DNA of 64,000 nt from Candidatus Aldehydirespiratoraceae bacterium. Its GTDB lineage: Bacteria > Actinomycetota > Acidimicrobiia > Acidimicrobiales > Aldehydirespiratoraceae. The notes beneath the pieces were generated by a model that was given only the letters and a program-made list of their open reading frames with translations, was not told the DNA's origin and ran no database searches. Positions 38,573 through 52,237 of this stretch are shown in pieces. The stretch is taken from positions 1,760,813-1,824,812 of the forward strand of contig CBDHCN010000002.1 of the NCBI GenBank assembly GCA_965261185.1. Reading direction: 5' to 3'. The position numbers and the translations under genes are program-made. Position 1 is the first letter of the stretch; each line of letters starts with the position of its first letter.

Positions 38573-38657
38573 CCACAGGACCGGTTCACCGAGTCATTGC
38601 ACCTGACGACGAAAGACCACCACACGGGTGAACGGGGGTGCTCACCGCTCGTTCGGT

Positions 38658-39026
38658 TCAGTTGTCGGCGTCGATGGCGTGGGTCCGCAGCATTTGTAAG
38701 GGGACGACTTCTAGAGCCCGCTGGTGTGTAGCGGTGAGCCGAACTGGTGCGGCGGCGCCTGCGAGGGCGGCTTCGAGCCATCGAGCAGCGCACACGCACC
38801 AGCCGTCGCCGGGCGAGAGCCCCTCAAATCCCCACTCGGGACGCGGTGTCGATAGGTCGTTGCCAGCTTCTTTGGAGAAGTCCAGAAACTCGCGGGTGAC
38901 GATCGAACAAACGGTGTGCGAACCGATGTCCTCATCGGATGTGTTGCAGCAGCCGTCCCGAAAGAATCCGGTGACGGGATCAGTTCCGCAGTCGACGAGT
39001 TCGGTCCCCAATACGTTTTGTGCCAT
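38658..39026 (-). CDS. DUF2237 family protein
   Basis: 122 aa with the family pattern NVLGTELVDCGTDPVTGFFRDGCCNT...GSHTVC...GDGWCVCAARW. Confidence 0.85.
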   Translation of the reverse strand: MAQNVLGTELVDCGTDPVTGFFRDGCCNTSDEDIGSHTVCSIVTREFLDFSKEAGNDLSTPRPEWGFEGLSPGDGWCVCAARWLEAALAGAAAPVRLTATHQRALEVVPLQMLRTHAIDADN

Positions 39027-39287
39027 ACCCCATCAAAGCACGGGGCCCAGAGGCCGAGCGGTTTAGTCGAAAATTTGTTGATCCGTGACTGTTAATTGCG
39101 AGGCCGGGGCCCGAGCGGCCCGCCCGTGGCCCGAGCGGCCCCGTGAGCGCAGCGAACAAGAGCGGGAAGTGGAGCGTAGCGAACAAGAGCGGAAAGCGTC
39201 CACTATCGACGCGAGGGCTTTTTCGTTATGAACGGTGAGATACATTTCGTTGCGACTCATTGCGCAACTCCAGACAGGAAAAACTTG

Positions 39288-39776
39288 ATGCAACTCCGCT
39301 TGGCCACGGTTGCCGATGCCGAAGATCTTCGCCGGATCTACAACCACGAGGTTGAGAACACGACGGCCACATTCGATATCGAGTCGCGAAGCCTCGAAGA
39401 CCAGCGCCACTGGATCACCGAACGCCAAGGTGCTCTTGGAGTTCTAGTCGCTGAACTCGAAGGACGTGTGGTTGGCTTCGCCAGCCTCAGTCCATACCGC
39501 AACCGCGCCGGTTATCGCACGACAGTCGAAAACAGCGTGTACGTGAGCGAAGATGCCAGAGGGCTCGGTGTGGGCCGGGCGCTAATGAACGAACTCATTG
39601 ACATGGCCGTCAAACGGGGTTTTCACAGCATGGTCGCTCACATCGTCGACGGGCACGAAGCGAGCATGGCTCTGCACCGAGCCTGCGGGTTTGAGGTTGT
39701 GGGCACAGAACGCGAGGTTGGCCGCAAGTTCGGCGCTTGGCTCGATGCGGTCATCATGCAACGCATGCTTGCCTAG
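39288..39776 (+). CDS. GNAT N-acetyltransferase (phosphinothricin acetyltransferase-like)
   Basis: From ATG 39288 (AGGAAA RBS): MQLRLATVADAEDLRRIYNHEVENTTATFD... with RGLGVGRALM in the acetyl-CoA motif. Confidence 0.85.
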   Translation: MQLRLATVADAEDLRRIYNHEVENTTATFDIESRSLEDQRHWITERQGALGVLVAELEGRVVGFASLSPYRNRAGYRTTVENSVYVSEDARGLGVGRALMNELIDMAVKRGFHSMVAHIVDGHEASMALHRACGFEVVGTEREVGRKFGAWLDAVIMQRMLA

Positions 39777-39871
39777 CTCTGCTTGCGCCGCGGGCGGAGC
39801 CGCAGAGGGTCAATAACCGTTGCTGGAACTGACAAGGCCCGGCACCGTAGCGCCGGGCCCCGTCTCCGCTG

Positions 39872-39954
39872 TGGGCCGAGAAGGATTTGAACCTTCGTAG
39901 GCATAAGCCGACGGGTTTACAGCCCGTTCCCTTTGGCCGCTCGGGCACCGACCC
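39872..39954 (-). tRNA. tyrT: tRNA-Tyr (anticodon GTA, long variable arm)
   Basis: Hand fold: GGGTCGG/TG/CCCGAGCGGCCAAAGGG/A/ACGGG-CTGTAAA-CCCGT/ long variable arm CGGCTTATGCCTAC /GAAGG-TTCAAAT-CCTTC/TCGGCCC/A. Confidence 0.87.
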
Positions 39955-40048
39955 GCGGACCAGAAATACTACCGGTTCAGCGCCGCGACCGGCACAGATT
40001 TGCGGGCGGAGCTAATCAAGAACGACCGCTGCTTGATACGGTTTCGCC

Positions 40049-40537
40049 ATGCCGACATTCGATGTGGTTTCAGAGCTTGACGGCCAAGAAGTGCGCAACG
40101 CCGTCGATCAAGCCTCCCGCGAGGTCACCCAACGCTACGACTTCAAAAACACTGGGTCTTCGGTGAAACTGGGAGACAACGTCATCGAAATGGCGTCGTC
40201 ATCTGAGGATCGTCTCACTGCGCTGCGACAAGTTCTCGAAGAGAAACTGGTGAGACGCAAGGTGAGCCTCAGAGCGCTCGACTACGGCAACGTAGAACCG
40301 GCCTCGGCAGGGACCGTTCGCCAGACCGCTCGCCTGCAAGCCGGGATCTCGCAAGACAAGGCCAAAGAGATAAACAAGTTCATCAAAGGTCTCGGCCTCA
40401 AAGGGATCCAATCATCGGCACGGGGCGAGGAACTCCGTGTACAAGGCAAAAAGCGCGATGACCTACAAAAGGTAATAGCGGCACTCAAAGAAGCCGACCT
40501 GCAAATCCCCCTTCAGTTCATCAACTTCCGCGACTGA
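40049..40537 (+). CDS. yajQ: YajQ family nucleotide (c-di-GMP)-binding protein (DUF520)
   Basis: 162 aa: MPTFDVVSELDGQEVRNAVDQASREVTQRYDFK... Confidence 0.88.
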   Translation: MPTFDVVSELDGQEVRNAVDQASREVTQRYDFKNTGSSVKLGDNVIEMASSSEDRLTALRQVLEEKLVRRKVSLRALDYGNVEPASAGTVRQTARLQAGISQDKAKEINKFIKGLGLKGIQSSARGEELRVQGKKRDDLQKVIAALKEADLQIPLQFINFRD

Positions 40538-40543
40538 ACCGGC

Positions 40544-41386
40544 TCACATCGAGCGCAGACGGGCGATTCGCTCGGCTGTCGGGGGATGGGTGCTGAACAG
40601 CTTGCTGCCACCGCCTCGGCCGCGAGCCTGAGCACTCAGCGGGTTGATGATGTAGCTGCTGGCCTGGCTCGGGTTGACATTCACGGGGATGGCGTGAGCG
40701 CCGCGTTCCAGCTTCTCAAGAGCACTGGCCAGCGGTTCACCGCTACCGATCAGCTTGGCTGCTGAGGCGTCGGCCTGAAACTCGCGACTGCGGCTGATCG
40801 CTGCCTGGATCACCATCGCCGCGATCGGCGCCAGAAGCGCGAAAGCGAGCTCGCCAATCGGATTGCGATCGCGGCCACCGCCTCGGAACATCGCCCCCCA
40901 CATAACAATGTTGGCCGCGAATGTGATCGCCATGCCGATCGCGGCGGCGACTGACCCGATGAGGATGTCGCGGTTGCGAATATGCGCCAGTTCGTGGGCC
41001 AGCACACCGCGCACTTCGTCCCAACTCATGCGTTCCAACAAACCAACGGTCACCGCCACCGCGGCGTTGTTCGGGTTGCGTCCTGTTGCGAAAGCGTTCG
41101 GCTGCGGGTTGGGTGAAATGTAGAGCTTCGGCATGGGCATATTGGCCCGCATGGTCAGGTCTTCCATGATCTCGTAATACTGCGGCGCCTGTTCGCGGGT
41201 TACGGCTTGAGCACGAGCGGATTTGATCGCCAGCTTGTCGCTGAACCAGTACGAACCACCGACCATGACCAAAGCGATCACCAAGCCGATCACCAGGCCT
41301 GTCGAACTGCCGATGGCACCACCCGCCACGATGATCAGACCGCCGAGCATGGCAAGCAGAACAAAAGTCTTTGCTGTGTTGATCAT
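40544..41386 (-). CDS. htpX: Zinc metalloprotease HtpX
   Basis: 280 aa with N-terminal TM helices, the [10 protein letters not shown] zincin motif and the C-terminal [13 protein letters not shown]. Confidence 0.9.
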   Translation of the reverse strand: MINTAKTFVLLAMLGGLIIVAGGAIGSSTGLVIGLVIALVMVGGSYWFSDKLAIKSARAQAVTREQAPQYYEIMEDLTMRANMPMPKLYISPNPQPNAFATGRNPNNAAVAVTVGLLERMSWDEVRGVLAHELAHIRNRDILIGSVAAAIGMAITFAANIVMWGAMFRGGGRDRNPIGELAFALLAPIAAMVIQAAISRSREFQADASAAKLIGSGEPLASALEKLERGAHAIPVNVNPSQASSYIINPLSAQARGRGGGSKLFSTHPPTAERIARLRSM

Positions 41387-41496
41387 GGGGTAGGACCTCC
41401 GGTATTTCTTTGGCTCAGTGCAGAGCCAGCCGCCACATTGTTGTTAACACTAGAGCCAGTCGCATGGTTCCGGCTACGCCGATTTCTGCGATTCGG

Positions 41497-43506
41497 CTAA
41501 TCCTCGTCGCTCTGTGCGGCACCCTCGCGAATAGCAGCAACCACATCAGGGTCGGCGAGTGTGGTTGTGTCGCCCGAGACCCGCCCGTCGGCCACATCGC
41601 GCAGCAACCGCCGCATGATCTTGCCGGAACGAGTCTTGGGAAGGTCCGGTACCAAGAACACGGCTTTTGGTCGTGCCGTCGGGCCGAGTTTCGTGCCCAC
41701 ATGCCGCCTGATCTCTTCACGCAGTTCTTCAGAGGCCTCAACCGCGCCGATGAGAATTACGTAACCGACGATCGCCTGGCCGGTGATGTCGTCTTTGGCT
41801 CCGACCACAGCGGCTTCGGCGACCGCGGGGTGGTCAACCAGGGCGCTTTCCACCTCGGCGGTGGAAATGCGGTGGCCTGAGACGTTCATGACGTCGTCTA
41901 CACGACCGAGCAGCCAGATATAGCCGTCGTCATCAACCCGGGCTCCGTCACCGGCGAAATAGCGGCCCTCATAGGTTGACCAGTAGGTCTCGTGGTAGCG
42001 CTGCGGGTCTCCCCAAATGCCGCGCAGCATCGATGGCCACGGCCGGGTGATAGTGAGATAACCGCCGCCGATCTCAACAGGGTCACCACCGTCGTCGACA
42101 ACCTCCGCGTACACCCCGGGGATAGGCGTGGTGGCGGTGCCTGGCTTGGTTGTGGTCACCCCCGGGAGCGGAGTGATCATGTGGGAGCCGGTTTCGGTCT
42201 GCCACCAAGTGTCGACAATCGGGCAGGAACTACCGCCGATGTTGTCGTGGTACCACATCCACGCTTCGGGATTGATGGGCTCGCCGACGGTGCCCAAGAC
42301 CCGCAAACTCGAAAGGTCACGCCTTTTGGGCCAGTCGTCTCCCCACTTCATGAACGTGCGAATGGCTGTTGGCGCGGTGTAGAGTTGAGTCACCCCGTAG
42401 CGCTCAACGATGTCCCAAAGCCGATCCTTGTTCCAGCCGGCCCGGTCGCCGCTGCGCTCGTCGGGCCTCGGTGTGTCTGGCGTGCCCTCGTACATGACCG
42501 AAGTGCAAGCGTTGGTCAACGGCCCGTAGACGATGTAGGAGTGACCGGTCACCCAGCCGATATCCGCGGCGCACCAATACACATCGGTTTCAGGTTTGAG
42601 ATCGAACACGTATTTGTGGGTGAACGCCACCTGTGTCAGATAGCCGCCGGTGGTGTGCATGATGCCCTTGGGTTTGGCTGTGGTACCCGAGGTGTAGAGC
42701 AGATAAAGCAACTGTTCGGCACCCATCGGCTCTGGAGGACAACTCGATTCCGCGGTCGCCATCAGGTCATGCCACCAATGATCGCGACCTTCAACCATGA
42801 CCGGGTCAGTGCCGCAGCGATCAACCACGATGACGTTCTCAACACTGGGCGCACCTGCCGTGAGCGCAGCATCGACGTTGGGCTTCAAAGCAGCTGGTTC
42901 GCCCCGCCGATAACCGGCGTCTGCAGTGATGATCAGGCGAGCCTCAGCGTCTTCGCAACGGTCGGTGATGGCGTCAGGCGAGAAACCGCCGAAAATAACT
43001 GAGTGGGCCACACCGATGCGTGTGCAAGCGAGCATGGCGATCGGTAGCTCGGGGATCATCGGCATGTAGATGGCGATGCGATCGCCCTTTGACAGGCCGA
43101 GGCTCTTCATGACGTTGGCGAATTTCTCTACCTCGGCCAGTAGTTCTGAGTAGCTGATGGTGCGGGTGTCGCCGGGTTCGCCTTCCCAGTGATAAGCGAT
43201 CTTGTCGCCCAGTCCGGCTGCGACATGGCGGTCGAGGCAGTTCTCCGAGACGTTGAGCTCTCCGTCTTCGAACCATTTGGCGAAGGGAAGATCCCACTGA
43301 AGCACGGTGCTGAAGTCGCTGGACCAGCTCAACAGTTCTCGGGCCTGGCGCGCCCAGAAAGCCTCGTAGTCAGCGTCGGCTTCGTCATACAGCGAGCGAT
43401 CGTTGGTCAACGCCGCCCCCGCAAAGGCGGCAGAGGGCGGAAACGTCCGCCCTTCGCTTTCGAAGACCTCGATTGATCCCTGAGCCACCGTGCTTTTGTC
43501 AGCCAT
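41497..43506 (-). CDS. acs: Acetyl-CoA synthetase (AMP-forming)
   Basis: Has the AMP-binding motif (YTSGTTAKPKG), TGD and the C-terminal PKTRSGKIMRR. I chose the start at ATG 43506 (GGAGGG lies 8 nt upstream). The track start at 43527 lacks an RBS. Confidence 0.93.
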   Translation of the reverse strand: MADKSTVAQGSIEVFESEGRTFPPSAAFAGAALTNDRSLYDEADADYEAFWARQARELLSWSSDFSTVLQWDLPFAKWFEDGELNVSENCLDRHVAAGLGDKIAYHWEGEPGDTRTISYSELLAEVEKFANVMKSLGLSKGDRIAIYMPMIPELPIAMLACTRIGVAHSVIFGGFSPDAITDRCEDAEARLIITADAGYRRGEPAALKPNVDAALTAGAPSVENVIVVDRCGTDPVMVEGRDHWWHDLMATAESSCPPEPMGAEQLLYLLYTSGTTAKPKGIMHTTGGYLTQVAFTHKYVFDLKPETDVYWCAADIGWVTGHSYIVYGPLTNACTSVMYEGTPDTPRPDERSGDRAGWNKDRLWDIVERYGVTQLYTAPTAIRTFMKWGDDWPKRRDLSSLRVLGTVGEPINPEAWMWYHDNIGGSSCPIVDTWWQTETGSHMITPLPGVTTTKPGTATTPIPGVYAEVVDDGGDPVEIGGGYLTITRPWPSMLRGIWGDPQRYHETYWSTYEGRYFAGDGARVDDDGYIWLLGRVDDVMNVSGHRISTAEVESALVDHPAVAEAAVVGAKDDITGQAIVGYVILIGAVEASEELREEIRRHVGTKLGPTARPKAVFLVPDLPKTRSGKIMRRLLRDVADGRVSGDTTTLADPDVVAAIREGAAQSDED

Positions 43507-43582
43507 TGTGCATCCCTCCGCGTTCACATCGTGGCAAAAATCATACCCATCTCAGTGACAGCGGGTCCTATCTCGCCGAATC

Positions 43583-43623
43583 GAAGTTGGCACGCTTGAA
43601 GTTGGCACACTCGAAGATGACAC
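43583..43623. promoter_or_regulatory. Three 15-bp-phased direct repeats in the acs / crotonase divergent promoter region
   Basis: GAAGTTGGCAC occurs at 43583 and 43598, and GAAGATGACAC at 43613. Confidence 0.35.
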
Positions 43624-43658
43624 GGAGGTGGCTATCAGGCGCCAGGTAGGGAAAGCTG

Positions 43659-44450
43659 GTGCTCATGTCGGATCAACCCGCGGCCGCGACTTATCAGCGA
43701 GACGGCCACATCGCCACGATCACCTACAACCGGCCCGAGGCGCTCAACGCTGTCAACGGGGCGATGCGCCAAGCCCTCGACACCGCCTGGACCGAATTCC
43801 GTGAAGATGACGAAGCCTGGGTAGCCATCGTTACGGGCGCTGGCAGGGCCTTTTGCGCGGGAGCGGATTTGCGCGATGGCGCGGGGGCTACCGGTACTTG
43901 GCCGGGTTCGTTTTGGGAATGGCCCACGATCACCACCTTCGAGAGCGGGATGGAAATCTGGAAGCCGACGATCGCCGCGGTCAACGGACCGTGTATTGGT
44001 TACGGGCTCACCGCGGTCCTGGCATGCGATTTTGTGCTCGCCAGCGAACGGGCGAGTTTCGCATACCCGGAAGTGAGACTGGGGCAGGCGACGATCGTGG
44101 GAGCGCTGAGGTTGCCGGACCATGTGGCGATTCCCGATGCTTTGGAACTGCTGTTGACCGGCGACCCAATCGACGCTGATCGCGCCAAAGAGATAGGTCT
44201 CGCCTGGCAGGTTCATCCCCATGACGAATTGCTGGATGCGGCACACGGTTTGGCCGAGCGGCTTTGTCAGGGAGCCCCGCTGGCCGTGAGAGCCACCAGC
44301 GAAATGGTCAGGCGAGGCCGCAAGATGGGATGGACCGATGCGGTGCGGATGGGTGAAACGATGCGCCGGGTCGTCGGGCAATCCGAGGACTCCGCGGAAG
44401 GTGGCCGTGCTTGGGCCGAAAAACGCGACCCTCAATGGAAAGCCCGCTAG
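43659..44450 (+). CDS. Enoyl-CoA hydratase/isomerase (crotonase) family protein
   Basis: 263 aa with the oxyanion-hole segments (VTGAGRAFCAGADL and AAVNGPCIGYG). Confidence 0.88.
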   Translation: MLMSDQPAAATYQRDGHIATITYNRPEALNAVNGAMRQALDTAWTEFREDDEAWVAIVTGAGRAFCAGADLRDGAGATGTWPGSFWEWPTITTFESGMEIWKPTIAAVNGPCIGYGLTAVLACDFVLASERASFAYPEVRLGQATIVGALRLPDHVAIPDALELLLTGDPIDADRAKEIGLAWQVHPHDELLDAAHGLAERLCQGAPLAVRATSEMVRRGRKMGWTDAVRMGETMRRVVGQSEDSAEGGRAWAEKRDPQWKAR

Positions 44451-44506
44451 CACGACCCGATTAGCCCAGTCTGACCAACACAGCGAATTGAGTCAGCCGA
44501 CGATCC

Positions 44507-45664
44507 GTGGGCCATGATGAGCCCATGGAAATCCACGGACACTGTGATCCCGCGTTCTCGGCGGTGCGGGATGCATTTGAGCAGAACTTCGCTGACGGTC
44601 TTGAGTTGGGAGCCGCCGCTGCGGTGACCCTGGACGGTGAGGCGGTGGTCGATATCTGGGCCGGAGACGCGAATTCAGCGGGCAATCCGTGGCAACGCGA
44701 CACGATCGTCAACGTTTACTCCACGACCAAGACCATGGCAGCGGTGTGCATGCTGATGCTGGCTGACCGAGGCGAGTTGGACTTCGATTCACCTGTGGCG
44801 AGTTACTGGCCCGAGTTCGCCCAGCACGGCAAAGAGAGTGTTTTGGTGCGCCACGTCATGTCTCACACTGCTGGTTTGCCGGGTTTTGTCCCTCCGGTCG
44901 TGCCGCCGATGTTGTACGACGTCGACCGTGTGGCCGCTCAGCTCGCCGGTCAACGACTGTGGTGGGAACCGGGCACCAAGTCCGGTTATCACGCCATTAC
45001 CCAGGGGAATCTTGAGGGCGAGATCCTTTATCGCATCACCGGCGTGCGCATGGCGCAGTGGTTCGCCAAGGAGGTGGCGGCCCCGCTGGGTGCCGATTTC
45101 TGGATGAGCCTCCCGGCTTCTGAAGACCACCGAGTGGCCGAGTTGCAACTTCCAGCTCCTCCCACGGGGATGGAGGTGAATGGCGTGCCCGTCAGTTTGG
45201 ATTCAATTGCGATGCGCACCTTGATGAGTTGTCCGCTGAATGCAACGGAGCCGCGTACCCGCGAGTGGCGCGCCGCGGAGATTCCCGCTGCGGGTGGACT
45301 TGGTAGCGCTCGCTCCATTGCGGCGGTCCATTCGATGCTTGCCAACGGTGGCGAGGTGAACGGTGTGCGGCTGTTGTCTGAGGCTGGGGCTCGTCGCGCT
45401 CTTGAGCCTCAGATAGATGGCGTTGACGAAGTGTTGATGCTCCGCTTGCGTCACGGCCTGGGTTTTGCTTTGGAGATGGAAGGTTGGGTGAACAGTCCGA
45501 ACCCCAATCACATGTTTTGGGGTGGTTGGGGTGGTTCGTTGGCGACGGTGGACTTCGACGCCCGCATGACCGTCTCTTATGTGATGAACCGCATGGATGC
45601 CGAACTTACCGGCGACCCTCGTGGTGGCCGATTGGTCAACGCTAGCTACGCCAGCCTCAGCTAG
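44507..45664 (+). CDS. Serine hydrolase (beta-lactamase/esterase class C-like family)
   Basis: 385 aa with the SxxK motif YSTTKT and an HTAG-type motif (MSHTAGLPGF). The start is uncertain (44507 GTG or 44525 ATG). Confidence 0.83.
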   Translation: MGHDEPMEIHGHCDPAFSAVRDAFEQNFADGLELGAAAAVTLDGEAVVDIWAGDANSAGNPWQRDTIVNVYSTTKTMAAVCMLMLADRGELDFDSPVASYWPEFAQHGKESVLVRHVMSHTAGLPGFVPPVVPPMLYDVDRVAAQLAGQRLWWEPGTKSGYHAITQGNLEGEILYRITGVRMAQWFAKEVAAPLGADFWMSLPASEDHRVAELQLPAPPTGMEVNGVPVSLDSIAMRTLMSCPLNATEPRTREWRAAEIPAAGGLGSARSIAAVHSMLANGGEVNGVRLLSEAGARRALEPQIDGVDEVLMLRLRHGLGFALEMEGWVNSPNPNHMFWGGWGGSLATVDFDARMTVSYVMNRMDAELTGDPRGGRLVNASYASLS

Positions 45665-46265
45665 CGGCGGGTCGCTGACTCCCTTTGGTGCCAGGACCCA
45701 CAGCGGCTGTGATTTTTCGGACGAGGGGTTCGAAGTGGTCCAGAGGGAGTGTGTCGTAGCCGGGGTCGAAGGCTTGCTGGTCCCAGTCGTCGGTGAACTC
45801 TTCGCACAGCGCAAACCACGATTCGTTACGAAACTGCTCCCGCAAATCTGTAGGAGCATCGAAGTGGTGGTAATAGTGCCGACCCTGGAAATCTTGATGG
45901 TTGAGGATCGTCTGATAGACGTCGTCGCGCACGTAGGGCTTGATGATTTCTGCTGAGATGGCGCCGTGATTGGGTACCGAGATCGCTTTGCCTATGTCGT
46001 GGCAGAGGCTGGCAAACACCATCTCGTCATCTGCGCCTGCTCGCTCAGCCATCGTGGCGGTCTGAAGGCTGTGAGTCAGCTGATCGGTGAGGAATCCGTC
46101 GCGGATATCGGCCAACGACTCCAGCAACATCAGTATCCGATCTGCTACCCGAGGCTGGTTCAGAGCCGTGCTTCGGCCGATGTGTGCCCATTGTTCGGCG
46201 GTGGACTCATCCATTCGCCGGAAGCTGTTGTCGGCTGTTGTGGTTGCGGACTCGGTGACAGTCAT
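45657..46265 (-). CDS. HD-domain metal-dependent phosphohydrolase/oxygenase-like protein
   Basis: 202 aa with H...HD metal ligands (LTHSLQTA..., LCHDIGK) and a later H-rich cluster (HQDFQGRHYYHHF). Confidence 0.78.
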   Translation of the reverse strand: MTVTESATTTADNSFRRMDESTAEQWAHIGRSTALNQPRVADRILMLLESLADIRDGFLTDQLTHSLQTATMAERAGADDEMVFASLCHDIGKAISVPNHGAISAEIIKPYVRDDVYQTILNHQDFQGRHYYHHFDAPTDLREQFRNESWFALCEEFTDDWDQQAFDPGYDTLPLDHFEPLVRKITAAVGPGTKGSQRPAAS

Positions 46266-46307
46266 ACCCCGATGTTAGCCGCGTTGGGTAGTGATACAAA
46301 GTACAAA

Positions 46308-46344
46308 GTTAAGTGTAGGACACTCAAGTTTTCTGCGCTATACT
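46308..46344 (+). promoter_or_regulatory. HAIR-like HspR operator plus -10 box upstream of clpB
   Basis: GTTAAGT-N7-ACTCAAG (46308-46328) compared with the HAIR consensus CTTGAGT-N7-ACTCAAG: 5/7 + 7/7 matches. TATACT lies at 46339-46344, about 50 nt upstream of the clpB ATG. Confidence 0.45.
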
Positions 46345-46393
46345 GTAACTACTAGCTCCATACCGTCAACCAGAAAACAAACCTGAGACAAAC

Positions 46394-50243
<3,850 letters not shown>

Positions 50244-50244
<1 letters not shown>

Positions 50245-51665
50245 TGACTGACGCTACGGCCAATGTTCTTTCTGATCGTTATGCCAGTGAAGCGATGAAT
50301 GAGATCTGGTCGCCTGAAGGCAAGATAGTTCAGGAACGCCAGTTGTGGCTTGCTGTGCTGCGTGCCCAGGTTTCGTTGGGGCTCGAGATCCCTAGCGGGA
50401 CGATCGAAGCATACGAAGCGGTATTGGATCATGTCGATCTTGCGTCTATAGCGGCGCGTGAGGCAGTCACCCGTCACGATGTGAAAGCTCGAATTGATGA
50501 GTTTTGTGACCTTGCTGGTCACCAACACATCCATCGGGGAATGACTTCACGTGATCTAACCGAGAACGTTGAACAATTGCAGATCCGCCAAGCCCTCGTT
50601 CTAGTGCGAGATCGCTTGGTCGCGCTGCTTTCTCGTTGCGCCACCTTGGCTGCAACGCATGTCGATTTGGTGATGGTTGCCCGAACCCACAACGTGGCTG
50701 CCCAGGCCACCACCTTGGGGAAGCGCTTCGCAGATGTAGCCGAGGAAACCATGATCGGCCTTGAGCGTGTCGAAGAGTTGCTGGCCCGATACCCGCTTCG
50801 GGGCATCAAAGGTGCGGTCGGTACTCGTCTGGACCAGTTGGATCTGTTGGGAGACGCTGATGCGGTCGACCAATTGGAACAACTGATTGCTGAGCATCTC
50901 GGTTTCGGACGTGTTCTCGACAGTGTCGGTCAGGTCTATCCGCGGTCGCTTGATCTTGACGTGGTTGCTGCATTGGTACAAGCCGTGTCGGCACCAGCGT
51001 CGGCTGCAACGACTTTGCGACTCATGGCTGGAAATGAACTGGCTACCGAGGGTTTTAGTCCTGGGCAAGTCGGATCCTCGGCTATGCCTCACAAGATTAA
51101 CAGCCGCAGCGCTGAACGTATCGGAGCACTGCGCACGATTCTGGACGGTTATTTGACTATGGCGGCAAGTCTCGCTGGTCGGCAGTGGAATGAGGGTGAC
51201 GTGAGTTGTTCGGCCGTGCGCCGGGTGATGCTTCCCGATGCTTTCTTTGCTGCTGATGGATTGTTGCAGACAGCTATTGGTGTATTCGATGAATTTGGGG
51301 TTTTTGATGCCGTCATCGAAGCCGAACTGCAGCGTGAACTGCCGTTTCTTGCGTCGTCGCGCATACTGGGCGACGCGGTAGCAGCGGGACTCGGTCGCGA
51401 AGAGGCCCATCAACTGATCAAAGGCCATGCTGTGGAAGCAATGTTGGCGCGCCGTGAAGGCAACAACGGGCCAGGTTTCGTTGAACGCATAGCTGCAGAC
51501 GAGCGAATACCGCTGAACTCCGCGGCGATCCAAAACTGCTTGGCTGATATCGGCGACTTTGCGGGTACTGCTGTGAGTCAGGTAGAGCGCGTTGTGGCCC
51601 GCGCCAATAAGCTAATTTCCGAGCATCCACAAGCGGCTATTGCACGCGCCGAAATACGGGTCTGA
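50244..51665 (+). CDS. purB: Adenylosuccinate lyase
   Basis: 473 aa with the fumarase/ASL signature (GSSAMPHKINS). It overlaps the purA stop by 1 nt. Confidence 0.95.
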
Positions 51666-51688
51666 TAGAGCAACTCGCTCAGTTAGCT

Positions 51689-52090
51689 CTATGCAGAACG
51701 GGAGACCCCGGCACGCTTGAGAATTGCAGCGGGAACTCCAACTGCACGCCAAGCTGAGTAGCTGATTCTGTTGCTTTCGCCGTAGGCGCTTGCGACATCG
51801 ACAAACTCGTCTTCAAGAGCCGAAATGTCGACGGTTGTCTCGGCGGCGTCAATCTTGGCTGCAAGATCCATCTTCTCTTGGGTGAGGTGCAGCCGTTGCA
51901 TCGGTTTTGCGTCACCGATTTCGTTGTCGATTTCGTCAATTCGCGCACGCATGGTTTCTGGTGTCCGTCTGCGCCCCCGCTTTGGACGGTGCGACTCCAG
52001 CGCTTCAAGGTAGTTACGGACGGCACGGCCACGGGCTCTGCCTACCGATAGCGCTTCTCGGTGTTCGTCGGACATTTCTCTTTTGGGCAT
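51689..52090 (-). CDS. Hypothetical protein (basic N-terminus, acidic centre)
   Basis: 133-aa ORF convergent with purB. Its codon usage is consistent with its neighbours. I recognise no motif. Confidence 0.5.
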   Translation of the reverse strand: MPKREMSDEHREALSVGRARGRAVRNYLEALESHRPKRGRRRTPETMRARIDEIDNEIGDAKPMQRLHLTQEKMDLAAKIDAAETTVDISALEDEFVDVASAYGESNRISYSAWRAVGVPAAILKRAGVSRSA

Positions 52091-52237
52091 TCAATTCTCG
52101 ACTTTCTGACTCATGTTCGGGTGAAGCCTAGATAAACTCTATCTGTTTCTTCTTATATTGGTCAATGCTGTTGGATCGGCGATTCACCGAACCGCCCGAT
52201 TGAGGCATCAGCCGCGTCACTGAATAACGTTCTCAGC

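Noticed and set aside
37317-38631. ORFs 37317-38354(-), 37483-38631(+), 37514-38017(-) across the 66-bp repeat array
   Set aside because: They are alternative-frame artefacts of the tandem repeat. The HNH frame is continuous from a recognisable DUF222/HNH domain.
43635-44453. 272-aa minus-strand ORF
   Set aside because: It is exactly antisense to a crotonase-family gene with clear oxyanion-hole motifs, and its translation is motif-less.
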